Translations under genes and position numbers: made by a program
DNA from: Thermoplasmata archaeon
Lineage (GTDB): Archaea; Thermoplasmatota; Thermoplasmata; Thermoplasmatales; Thermoplasmataceae
Direction: 5' to 3'
Length of the DNA stretch: 64,000 nt
Assembly: GCA_021809755.1 (NCBI GenBank)
Contig: JAJZJZ010000001.1
Location: 24,204-88,203, forward strand
The notes under the pieces: model-generated
Databases searched by the model: none
What the model was told of the DNA's origin: nothing
Seen by the model: only the letters and a program-made list of their open reading frames with translations
Part shown: positions 10,256-20,800 of the stretch, one piece after another
How positions within the stretch are numbered: position 1 is the first letter of the stretch
How the letters are laid out: each line of letters begins with the position of its first letter

Positions 10256-10754
10256 TTAAATCCTCCTGTTCGATTACCTTAAAGATCTGGTTGAGATCAG
10301 GAGTTCCGTAGAGCTCCCTCAAATCATCAAGCGCAGATTCTATTAGTGCTTTAAGTCCCATTAGCTCTTTTCGAAGTTCCTCAGTTATCTCCTTTATCTC
10401 ATCAGGCGTATTGTCCAGAAAAGGGTTGAAGTCTTTAGATACCACCTCGTAAAGCGATACCACCATCTTCACATTTTCTGAAATCATGGTCAATTTGTCT
10501 CCCGATTCCTGAAAACCTCGTTTGAGGGATTCAAGTAAGGTTGACATTTTTCCCACTTCATTCTCCATGTTTCCCATTCTTCTGTTCAACCCGTCAATGA
10601 GTTTCTGCTCCGGGGAAGGTTCTAGAGTTCCGGGTGTTATGGACTGCATCTGATTGGCTGGAGTGCCAACATTTGCAGTTTGCATTCCCGGAATTGGCTG
10701 TGCTGCTGCGGTCTCTTTGTGTAATGGATTTTTTATTTTGTCAAAGAGACCCAT
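10245..10754 (-). CDS. arlC: archaellum accessory protein ArlC (FlaC)
   Basis: Coiled-coil protein with VVSLYEVVSKDFNPFLD (FlaC/D/E-type motif), located directly downstream of the archaellin gene. Confidence 0.7.
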   Translation of the reverse strand: MGLFDKIKNPLHKETAAAQPIPGMQTANVGTPANQMQSITPGTLEPSPEQKLIDGLNRRMGNMENEVGKMSTLLESLKRGFQESGDKLTMISENVKMVVSLYEVVSKDFNPFLDNTPDEIKEITEELRKELMGLKALIESALDDLRELYGTPDLNQIFKVIEQEDLNDK

Positions 10755-10777
10755 CTTTTCACGCTCCTATTCCTGGA

Positions 10778-11530
10778 TCAGGCCAGTTGCATAACTTGAG
10801 ATGTGTATGCCAGGGGTGTGGTAAAGTCGATCTGAGCAGCTGCCCCTACTTGTGGAACTATAGATCCAGTAATCAATGTACCAGGCTTTATTCCAGATCC
10901 CTTAGCGAGGGAAAATACAGCTGTAACATTGATTAGTATAGCAACCTGATCTCCCTGTGTCAGAACAGGATAATTGCTGACGAAGCTGCCTGAGACATCC
11001 TTGAGGACCAGAATTCCAAATTGGGCTTTTCCAGCTACTGAAAGTTTATTTACGTATGTCTTAGCAAACAGGTTTGTTGTTCCTGAGGTACCAGTTGAGG
11101 AGGTATTTGCCACATTATTGTATGCTAAATCATCGTATGTTAAAATAGCAGTCATATTAGCGTACGTTAGAGAGATTGTTGTGTTAGCGAGGTTTATATC
11201 ACCACTCCCTGAGTTAGGTTGCACTATTATGGCAATCACGTTTATTGCTCCTGATTCAGGGGATCCTCCGGCTGAGTATGTATTATTTCCCCAAATTGAA
11301 TTAATGGTCAATCCGGTTGAGACCTGGTTTGTGGTCTGGGTTCCAGTAGCTGTCGCACGGGTTTGTAGATTTCCAGCCGTTGTGACTAAAACAGCAGCTG
11401 CTACTGCCGCAACAAGAACCATTGCTATGAAAACAATTAGGGTTCCGATTCCGGTTTCCGCATTGCTGTCCGCCTTCAGGCTGAACAACTTATGGAGTTT
11501 TACAACTCCTCTTTTTATCACTTTATTCAA
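10778..11530 (-). CDS. arlB: archaellin ArlB (FlaB) with class III signal peptide
   Basis: ...[31 protein letters not shown] is the conserved archaellin N-terminus. Several N-x-S/T sequons. There is no in-frame ATG before the cleavage site; candidate starts are TTG 11530, GTG 11521 and TTG 11488. Confidence 0.9.
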   Translation of the reverse strand: MNKVIKRGVVKLHKLFSLKADSNAETGIGTLIVFIAMVLVAAVAAAVLVTTAGNLQTRATATGTQTTNQVSTGLTINSIWGNNTYSAGGSPESGAINVIAIIVQPNSGSGDINLANTTISLTYANMTAILTYDDLAYNNVANTSSTGTSGTTNLFAKTYVNKLSVAGKAQFGILVLKDVSGSFVSNYPVLTQGDQVAILINVTAVFSLAKGSGIKPGTLITGSIVPQVGAAAQIDFTTPLAYTSQVMQLA

Positions 11531-11732
11531 GTAGACACCAAAACAAACATTGCAGAACGTCCTTTTATTGGTTTTTTGTATGAAGAAGCACTTTTTCTAT
11601 TGTATAAAGAGAGGTTTAAAGTAGTGTAAGGGGCAGTGTATGTGTTGAAGTTAGTTAGATTTGTAATTGTATATGCAAAAACTAAATCTTTATAAGTGTT
11701 CTAACATTTGTCAGACATTAAAGAGGATTGTA

Positions 11733-12062
11733 ATGGGAGTTCCCTACAGAATAACGGTTAGAGTTTCGGAAGATACCATGTCAAAACTTGAGGAACTTGT
11801 GGAGAAGTTCAGGTACGAGAACGTTTCAGATATAGTTAGGAAAGCTATTGATGAGTTTGTGGAGAGAAACCTTGGAAAGGGTCCTGTAAAAAAGATTGAT
11901 TTAGAATTACCCAGAAAGTTGATTGAAGAACTGGGAAATGATATTGCTGAGGGGAATGCAGTTTCCATGGACGATCTTATTAGAGAAATCTTAAGGGAAC
12001 ACATGTCAGCTAAAATAAACAGCAAGTTAAAAGAAGTTTCCAGAGAGCATACTCACAGTTAA
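11733..12062 (+). CDS. ribbon-helix-helix (CopG/Arc/MetJ-like) DNA-binding protein
   Basis: MGVPYRITVRVSEDTMSKLEELVEKFRYENVSDIVRKAIDEFV has a beta-strand/helix/helix RHH pattern. GAGG lies 7 nt upstream of ATG 11733. The longer 11667 start adds a non-conserved-looking extension. Confidence 0.55.
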   Translation: MGVPYRITVRVSEDTMSKLEELVEKFRYENVSDIVRKAIDEFVERNLGKGPVKKIDLELPRKLIEELGNDIAEGNAVSMDDLIREILREHMSAKINSKLKEVSREHTHS

Positions 12063-12083
12063 TATGTTTAGAGATGATTTTAA

Positions 12084-13679
12084 ATGGTTGTAATAAGGGC
12101 TTCAACTGAGTATGTTAGGAATATATTGGGAAGTGAGGTATTTGATAAAATCGAAGCATTCTCTAAGGTTATGGGTTATGAATATGAAGCAGGGGATGAA
12201 ATTAAAATTGAATTCAACCCGGATAGACCTGATTTATTTTCTTTTGTAACTCTTGGTGATGCCATAGGCAAATTTTATGGAATTAAAAGGAATGATGTTT
12301 ATAATTATACAGAAGGCAATATAGCAATATCGAATGAAAACAATAAGGCGGGTCGGCCATTTATTTATGCGTTCATTGCAAAAGGAAAGCAGATTGGTAA
12401 ATTTCTAAGCGATCTTATAGATTTCCACGAAAGCATTTCGGAAAACGTAGGCCGCAATAGAATAAAAGCGGCAGTGGGGCTTCATGATTATGATAAATTA
12501 CATTTTCCATTGAAATATGGGAAGAATGATCTCAATGTTAAATTCTGCCCATATGATGAAGATAAAGAAAGAAGCCTTGAGGAAATAGCAGTAACACATG
12601 AAAAAGGAAAGCTATTCATAGACTTGGCAAAGACTGGAAATCAGGTTTATGTATTGGAAGATGTGAATGGCATTATATCGGTACCACCTATGTTAAACAG
12701 CAGGAGAACCAGGATTAATAATGAAACAAAAAATTTTCTTATAGATATAACCGCAACTAACAAGGAATCTGGAAGAAAATTAATGCTCCTTTCCATGTAT
12801 TACTTTATTTCTCTTGGGTATGAGGTGATTGAGAATACCGGAATTTTGAACTCTGCGCCTTTTAGTCAGGGGTTTGAACCGTTCAGGTTGGAAAATATAA
12901 CCAAAATCGCGAAATCCATTGGTAATGAACTGGAAAATAAGGATATATATGAGTACCTAAAAAGAATGGGTTACAGAATCAAGAATGATAGTATTGGCAT
13001 ACCATTTTACCGAGTTGATGTTATGGGTTTTGTAGACTTGGTAGAGGATATATCCAAGGCCAGAGGATATGATAACATAACTGAAAAGGAGATACAGTTA
13101 AAATCATTTGGCTATGCAAATGAGCGCAATAAATTCAGCAATATTCTATCAGAAATAATGATCGGAATGGGCTTTCAGGAGATTATGTCTTTTTTTGTTA
13201 CTAATTCAAAGAATGTTGGTTTAGGAGATCAAAAGCAGGCTATAAACATATTGAACCCAAAGAGTCAAGATTTTTCCAAGTTGAGAAATAATATTTTCCC
13301 AGAGATGCTTGAATTTTTCCAGAGGAATGTTAGACGATCATATCCACAAAGAATATTTGAAATAGGAAGGGTTTTAGCAGAAGACACCGAAGTGGAGCAC
13401 CTATCATTTGCAATTGCAGATTCGAAAAACGGATACTCATACATAAAAGGGTATTTGGAAACTTTTCTAAAATCAATAACTTCCAAGGATTATTTCATAG
13501 AGAGTTCAAACTCTAACAGAGCAATTATTAAAGGGCGAGGCGGAATGATTTTACTTGATGAGATACCTGTTGGTTACATTGGTGAAATCCACCCAGAAAC
13601 GCTGACAAATTACGAGCTTGTAAACCCGGTTACTGTTGTGGAAATAGACCTTTACAAATTATACTCAGCCATTAGATAG
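12084..13679 (+). CDS. pheT: phenylalanine--tRNA ligase beta subunit (archaeal type)
   Basis: FNPDRPDLFSFVTLGDAIG (archaeal PheT B3/4 motif), 531 aa, B5-like middle region and class II-like C-terminal core. Confidence 0.85.
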   Translation: MVVIRASTEYVRNILGSEVFDKIEAFSKVMGYEYEAGDEIKIEFNPDRPDLFSFVTLGDAIGKFYGIKRNDVYNYTEGNIAISNENNKAGRPFIYAFIAKGKQIGKFLSDLIDFHESISENVGRNRIKAAVGLHDYDKLHFPLKYGKNDLNVKFCPYDEDKERSLEEIAVTHEKGKLFIDLAKTGNQVYVLEDVNGIISVPPMLNSRRTRINNETKNFLIDITATNKESGRKLMLLSMYYFISLGYEVIENTGILNSAPFSQGFEPFRLENITKIAKSIGNELENKDIYEYLKRMGYRIKNDSIGIPFYRVDVMGFVDLVEDISKARGYDNITEKEIQLKSFGYANERNKFSNILSEIMIGMGFQEIMSFFVTNSKNVGLGDQKQAINILNPKSQDFSKLRNNIFPEMLEFFQRNVRRSYPQRIFEIGRVLAEDTEVEHLSFAIADSKNGYSYIKGYLETFLKSITSKDYFIESSNSNRAIIKGRGGMILLDEIPVGYIGEIHPETLTNYELVNPVTVVEIDLYKLYSAIR

Positions 13680-14664
13680 GAAAAATTTCCTGTTTTTGAC
13701 CCTCGGTAAGATAGATTCCCAGCCTTTCAGAATCAATGGAAAATTTAGAATATTCATAAAAATAATGGTAAGAATCCAAACTCTTTATTATAACTGATTC
13801 TTCAAAATCCAGGAGTTGACAAATTGTGTCTTTGAACTTAATAGATTTATTTCCTTTTGATCTTAATTTTCCTACGTTTTGAATTTTATGAGCCAATCCA
13901 TTTTCCATTTTATAGAATGATTTAGCAAAAGTTATTACACAACATGGCAGGTCTAAAAGCATATCCTCGTATTTTGCCTTAATTTCGAGGTTATATTTCT
14001 TCAAAGCTATTGCTAAATATGGTTCCCATAGTGCAATGAGTCCTCCATATTTTAAAAAATATTCAATGTTTTTTTTCATATTTCCCATACTAACCATTTT
14101 TATATTTCGGTGAGAAGAAATATAAGCTTGAGCAAATTTTGCCATTGTACTTGTCTCTGAAACATAAAGTACATCATCTCCCGGGAGAGAAACTATAGCA
14201 GAACCGCCTGAGGCAACTGGGCAAACAATTGGATTTGCATAGATAAGAGAATTTAGTAACGAAGGGTAAAACGGAGCCATTACTATTTCCAGGAGTGATT
14301 GATTCAGATCTTGAAGAAGGTCTATGGTCGATTCATATACCCGTATAATCAACTCTTTTTGTTCTCTCTCCATAATTTCCATAATGTAAGAGAGGTGAAC
14401 AGCATATTCGGAAGAGCGGAGTATGCCTATTCTGACCTGATGATCTAAAGTCCCTGGATAATATTTAGGGAGCCATAAACGATTAATTTTACCAGAAACT
14501 TTTCTCACTTCTATTTTTCTTTCATTTTGAAGTTTTTTTAATGTTTCAGATATATATGAACGCGAAAACTTCAACTTCTTTTCTAGCTCTGCTTGAAGTA
14601 TACCATTTTGTTTTTCATTCGTTAGCAGTTTTATTATTTGTCCCATTAAATGATTAGGTTTCAT
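13672..14664 (-). CDS. winged-helix transcription regulator fused to a periplasmic-binding-protein-like domain (putative)
   Basis: N-terminus LQAELEKKLKFSRSYISETLKKLQNERKIEVRKVSGKINRLW is MarR/wHTH-like. The C-terminal 250 aa resemble an NMT1/SBP-type alpha/beta fold (VRIGILRSSEY..., ALWEPYLAIA). Divergent from aglB. Confidence 0.45.
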   Translation of the reverse strand: MKPNHLMGQIIKLLTNEKQNGILQAELEKKLKFSRSYISETLKKLQNERKIEVRKVSGKINRLWLPKYYPGTLDHQVRIGILRSSEYAVHLSYIMEIMEREQKELIIRVYESTIDLLQDLNQSLLEIVMAPFYPSLLNSLIYANPIVCPVASGGSAIVSLPGDDVLYVSETSTMAKFAQAYISSHRNIKMVSMGNMKKNIEYFLKYGGLIALWEPYLAIALKKYNLEIKAKYEDMLLDLPCCVITFAKSFYKMENGLAHKIQNVGKLRSKGNKSIKFKDTICQLLDFEESVIIKSLDSYHYFYEYSKFSIDSERLGIYLTEGQKQEIFPI

Positions 14665-14777
14665 CTTCTTCAGTCTATTTGTTCAGCAATAAATGCTTTT
14701 TCCTTAGTCATACTAACTATCAATCACTTAAGTTCTCTTCTTTAAATGTGGTGCAACAAGAAGAAAAAAAGCATTCA

Positions 14778-14801
14778 AGAATCTTCATATAGAAAGATTC
14801 T
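14778..14801. promoter_or_regulatory. perfect 8-bp inverted repeat (AGAATCTT-N8-AAGATTCT) in the aglB promoter region
   Basis: Read directly: arms at 14778-14785 and 14794-14801, with a TATA-like spacer CATATAGA. It ends 27 nt upstream of aglB ATG 14828. Confidence 0.4.
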
Positions 14802-14827
14802 ATTAGCTTTTTCTAGGTAGTTAAGTA

Positions 14828-17800
14828 ATGGGTAAAATTCAAGTTCAATCAATACAGGGGCTCAAATCTTGGGTCTCTAGAAATTCAGAGCTTACCATAA
14901 TAGCAATGCTTGTTGCAATTTACTTATTTATAGGAAATTATTTTGCGTGGCAACAAGCGTTCGTTGGATTGGTAGCAAATGTGTCAGGGGGAAGTGATCC
15001 GTATTTCAATTATTATATAATTCAGCAAATTATAGCTACTGGGCATCTTTTAACTTACACGCAAGCTCTTAATTACCCCATAGGATCTGGAAATCCACGT
15101 AACCCATTCTTCCACGAACTGATCGTATTCATAGCTGAAATTCTCTCACCAGTACTTGGAGTTAAAACGGCAGCTTATTACGCTTTTATGGAGTTTGACG
15201 CCGTTTTTGGTGCATTACTTATAATACCTGTTTATCTTTTGGCAAAGGATGTCTTTGGTAAGAAGGTTGGGTTAATTTCTGCATTTGTTTATACTTTAAT
15301 ACCAAGTAATCTTAGCTCTGGTGTTCTGACTGATGGCAGGATGCACACGCCTGAACTTATCTTCGCATTCTTCGCAATATATTTCTTTGAGAAAGCTATG
15401 AGAATGTCTTCCAAAGAAAAAATCATTGAAAAGTTCACCGATATTAAATCCTATTATGGATCTATAATTAAGTATGTGAAAAACAACCTTTTATCAACTG
15501 AATATGCTATATTTGGCGCCATCTCTTATGGTGCACTAATGCTTTCTTGGCAAGGGGCAGCATACATCTTGGCAATAATTGCCATATATATAATTATACA
15601 ACTGATTTTCAACTTATTTATTAATCAAAATACTGGGTATGTAACGTTTATATCGATCATTTTTGTATCAATATCTTTTGCCATGGGTTATTATTATTAC
15701 TATGCTGCAAATAATGCACCAAGTATATGGTTTATACCTCCACTCTTCATAGGGTTAGGAGTTATTGCACTTTCTATACTCATTGGTATATTAGGCAGAA
15801 AGCCTTGGATTATCTCAATACCGTTACTCATCATTATTCTTGGCGGATTACTGGCAGCCGTCAGATTAGCGAGCCCTCACATCTTTAATGAAATTATCAG
15901 CGGTGAAGGATATTTCATAAAAACTAGGGTATATAGCACAATTGCTGAGGCTCAATCTCCACTTACTGCAGCTCCCCTTCTTAGTTCATATTTATCTGAA
16001 TTCGGAATTGGAATCTTCGCTATGGGTATGGGCGGAATTATCTATATGTTTTATCTGGCTTTCAAGGAAAAGAAAGATTCAATCATATTCATACTAGTCT
16101 TCTCACTCGTTTCTATATATATGAGCTTTGCTGCAGCTCGATTTAATGTAACGGCAGCACCTGCTTATGCGATTGGTACCGGAGCTCTTTTAATGTATAT
16201 TCTTGAAATATTAAAATTAAACAGAGGTTCTGAACAAAATTCAAGAAAGACCATGAAGCAGCGGAGGAGCGCCATTAAGGCCGATATTAAATGGCTTCAG
16301 GTTATTCTAGCCGTTGTCATATCATTAGGTTTAGTTCTGCCAGCTGGTCTGTCTATGATTTCAAATGGAATCCCAGCAAATAATGCAGAGCAGGTTAATC
16401 AGCAGATATACAATTCACTTCCATCCGCTTTAAGACCATATGCCTTCCAGGCAAACAGCACTGATTATATTGGAGGAACTGGTCTACTAATAACAAACAG
16501 CTCTTCCCCACTATCATCTTCTCTTGCATGGCTTTCAACCCAAAACACAAATGTTCCTTTGGACCAGAGGCCTGCATATGTATCATGGTGGGATTATGGG
16601 TTCCAGGAATTGTATCAGGGGCAACATCCCACAGTGGCAGACGATTTCCAGCAAGCTTATCAGGTTGCGGGTCAGATTTTGCTTGCTCAAAACCAGAGTC
16701 AGATAATTTCTCTTTTTGCAGCAAGACTTCTGGAGGCAGACTATATTGCTGCAGGAAATGGTCAATTTAGCTCTCAAGTTAACAATACTTTAGTTCAATA
16801 CTTGGGGCATAATGAAGCCAACCTAGTTCTTTCAATAGAACAGAACCCGTCAATGTTTTCATCATGGATTGGAAATAATCAGTCCATCTATGGCACTTTC
16901 ATAAAAGATATAGGTCCGGTTAACTCTTACTTTGCTTTGATTAAGGGGCAACTTTCATCAAAGTACTCAACTGCTACTATAGTTAATTTATATCAAGCCC
17001 TTGAAGAAGAAACAGGTTACCGGATATCATATATTCAAATAGATCACAGCTTGTTCCCTTTCAGCGGAAATAATCCTGGAATTTTCTATGCACCAGCATA
17101 TCTCACAGAGACTCCATCAGTAACAACCAGTTCCGGAGAGGTCATACCAACGAACTATTACAGTATTCAAGCAGTTACGTCCAACGGAACTTATAATGTA
17201 ACGTCACTACCAACAAATGTTCAACCAATAGGTTATGATATAACATACACACCTGCTTTTTATAATACATCAATTTACCGGTTCATGATTGGAATTCCTC
17301 CAAGCTCTGTTGGTCAAAGTAATGGAATTCCAGGAATTACGTTTGGACAAACAACCTATAGTTTACAGCCTGCTTACAATATGAGCCATTTTGAGATAAT
17401 GTATGAGTCTATTCCATATAATCCATATAAGAATTACTCTGCCCATCAAGATGCATGGACTCTTATACCTTTACAACAAGCATACAAATACGAAAAGGAG
17501 AATAAGGGGACAGAGATAATATTCCCACCCTCATATCAGATAACAGGTAGTGCTGATCCAATTGTGGAATATTTCCCTGGTGCAAAATTATATGGGCAAA
17601 TAACAACCCAGTCTGGAGTTCCTGTCAGTGGAGCATATGTAACTTTATTTGATCAGTATGGAATACCTCATGGATATACCAGAACCAACAGAAATGGATT
17701 CTATAACATATCTGCCGTTCCAGGGAACGACACACTATTTGTAACATCCGGCACATTCCTTCAGCAGTATCTTTCAGGTTCAAACACCATCAAAATTTTC

Positions 17801-20800
17801 AATGTTAATGTAAGCATGGATCAAGCTGAAAGAACTGATACTACATACAATATGACTACTGGTCTTCCAGGCTATTATATTGAAAACAATTATAAGATGA
17901 ATACGACGCCTATATCGGGGTTGGTAAATCTCTATTATCAGAAGGGTTATTATTCCAATTCTTCGGCCGACTTCATAGCTAAAAAAGTTCTCACTGGAAC
18001 CGTTCAGCTTTACAATTCCACTAACAATCTCACATTGACTGCACCAATTGTAAATGGTCAATATTCATTTAGCAATATCCCAGCATATTCATATACCGCA
18101 AACGTTATAGCAAATGGTACAACATACAGCAACGTAGAAACCCTCAATATTACATCTTCAACATCACCCGTTGTTTACGACCTCGATGTTAAATTGGACA
18201 CTATTTTTGCAACGATGAAAACAGGAGGGGTCCCCAATTCAGGTTATACAATAACAGCAAGGGGCTACAGTATCCAAACTAGTGCTGTTACTAACTCAAC
18301 TGGCGGTGCCACTCTTTATGTCCTTCCTGGGCAGTATAGTGTGTTTTCAGGGTATAAGGGATATAGTAGTTCAATAGAATCAGTTGTATTCGGTGCACTT
18401 GGTCAGAATCAGACTGTAAATTTATCAACCGCTGCTTCATTTGGATTAACTGTAAAAGTTGTTGGTTATTCTAACTTTAATAGTGTAAGAGCACTTTTTG
18501 ATGGAAATATGAATCAGTCTTATGAATTATCAAATATTGGAAATGGTTATTATTTCTCCAATCTGACCATAGGAACTTACACAATATATGCTGAAGGCAA
18601 CGGTTATGCCATATTGAATACAACAAATCTAAACTCAACGAAGATGATTTCAGTATACTCGGAAAGTGCAACTACAGTTAAACTCACCCCAATGATTGCA
18701 AACGCAACATTATTTTCAGGTGAAGTTTCTGTCACTTACAATTCAGGATTCATTTCAAGAGATTTCAACCAAAATGGGACATTTACTTTTAACATTCCGT
18801 CGGGTTTTGAATATGGGCTATCGGGTCAAGGCGTATTTGCTGGTAAAATTTACGCTTCAAATGGCATGAAATTTATTACATCAAACAGTCTTAATTACAT
18901 ATTCAAAATGGTAAATTCAACAGCTATAACAGTGCTTACTTATAACAAAGAACTTGGAGCATTTTCTTCAACATCTGCTTTTGGTTCCGGTGTTAGTGTT
19001 TTATACTTTGACAACACCCCAATTAGTATGTCAAGAATTTTGAGTGATGGTTACTCATCTCTCTATGTTCAGAGTTCATCCATGGTTGGTTATTCTATAA
19101 GGTCATATTCATCGGGCTTCGAATCGAGTATTATATCAGTAAGTGGACTTACAGTAAACGCAGGAATTAACCCACCAGCTTATGCTGTGAAAGTGCAAAT
19201 TCTTTTGAACAATAAGAGTTCAGCTAATTTGAACGGGACTTTAAAGATATTTGGAAATCAGAATTATACTGCTGTCATAACAAATGGTTTTGCCAATCTT
19301 TCATTGACACCAGGCATATACAGCATGTCAATAACCGGTTCCAATCAGGAAGTATACCTTTTCAGGAATATTCTCTCAGTCACTGCTACAAATCAGAGCA
19401 TATCCTTGAATGCTATCAGTAAGGTTATGGTTACTGTGCTCGGCTCTAAGACTATTGAACTTTTCAACGGGACTGGCACTAAATTTTCAGGTTCCGGTTA
19501 TGTTGTTCCGGGGATTTATACGATTTACTCAATCTCGAACAACGGAGGAGTAAACCTTACAAAATTAGACTTAAATGTAAATAGAACTATATCTCCAACT
19601 TATTCAACAGGATACATACTTACACTCAAAAACAGTATTGGTATCTCTGGAAATTACTATATAAAATCGAGTGTGGGCACTATTAAGACGTCCTTATCCT
19701 CATTTTTGATTCCGGCAGGTAAATACAGCATAACTTTTCAAAATAATCTGGTAAACAGCACAGGTTCATGGACAATAACAGGAACGACCAATCAACTAAT
19801 TAGTGGAAATTCTGTTGTTAATATATCTGTTACTCAAACGCCGTTCACTACGGATCTAACAGGTACGGTATCATTCGCTGGAGTTAACTCATCTCTCAGT
19901 TCAGTAGTATTGTATAGAAGTGGAATTATGTCTTATATATCTCATTCCAACACTCACGGTCTCTATTCCATGGCGGTAAAGAATGGGTCTTATACTATAT
20001 ATGCGTTTAACAACTTGACAGAGTCAGCATACATTGGAACAGTGGATATTTCACCATTCGAAAATATTGCAAATTTGAATATAACTATGACAACCGCATA
20101 CAAGACTTATTTTGCAGTAACTATGGGTACCTCAGTAATCAAAACCCCGGTAAATATCAGTTTATCCAATGAACTCATAATAGTAAATTCTACCTCTCCT
20201 GGTATCCTTCTACCGCAGGGTAACTTTACATTTACTGCCTCAACCAATACCACCATAAGTTCAAACAACTATTCTGAATCAATTTCCTATACTAACAGCA
20301 CTGTTATTGATATAGACACTGCAATGTCCGTGCAGCTTACCTTGCAGAAATTATACATATATAATTTGACTCTTACATTTGGGAAGATCCAAAACATTTC
20401 TTCAGGCTCTAGTTTCAATTATACACTATCAATTAGGAACAGGGGAAATTCCATGGTTAATGTATCCTTATCTTCTGGCTCGAGTGATTGGAATATAACA
20501 TTTGCCAAGAAGAATTTAAAACTCGGAATAAATCAGTCTTTAAATGTGAATGCATCGTTTAAAAACTCTACACTGGTCCCGGCTGGAAACAATTCAATTC
20601 CTATCCTCTTAAATTATCATTCTGGAACTATTACCGACTATGTAAATGTCAATATAACAAAATCTTATGGATTGAAATTGGAGTCAGTATACAATAAATA
20701 TGTAGTTTTTGATTCAGGTTACGGTTCAATTCTTGTAAAACTAGTAAATACAGGTAATACAAATGAGACAGCACACCTGACAATCGGGGACCTTTCAACT

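Noticed and set aside
10974-11534. 186-aa plus-strand ORF opposite the archaellin gene. The same applies to similar long antisense ORFs at 7351-7803, 27707-28180, 37206-37772, 38289-38687, 45724-46158, 4766-5182 and 62086-62520.
   Set aside because: Each lies entirely inside a confidently identified gene on the other strand. Their compositions are low-complexity (Ser/Leu/Ile/Phe-rich) with no motifs. These are typical shadow ORFs in AT-rich DNA.
11667-11732. Longer start for the RHH protein; likewise 61398 for kdpC and 52543 for the KH protein
   Set aside because: The extensions overlap upstream genes or promoter DNA and look non-protein-like. The internal ATGs have better context: a nearby GAGG, a position just after the upstream stop, or overlap with the upstream stop (kdpC).
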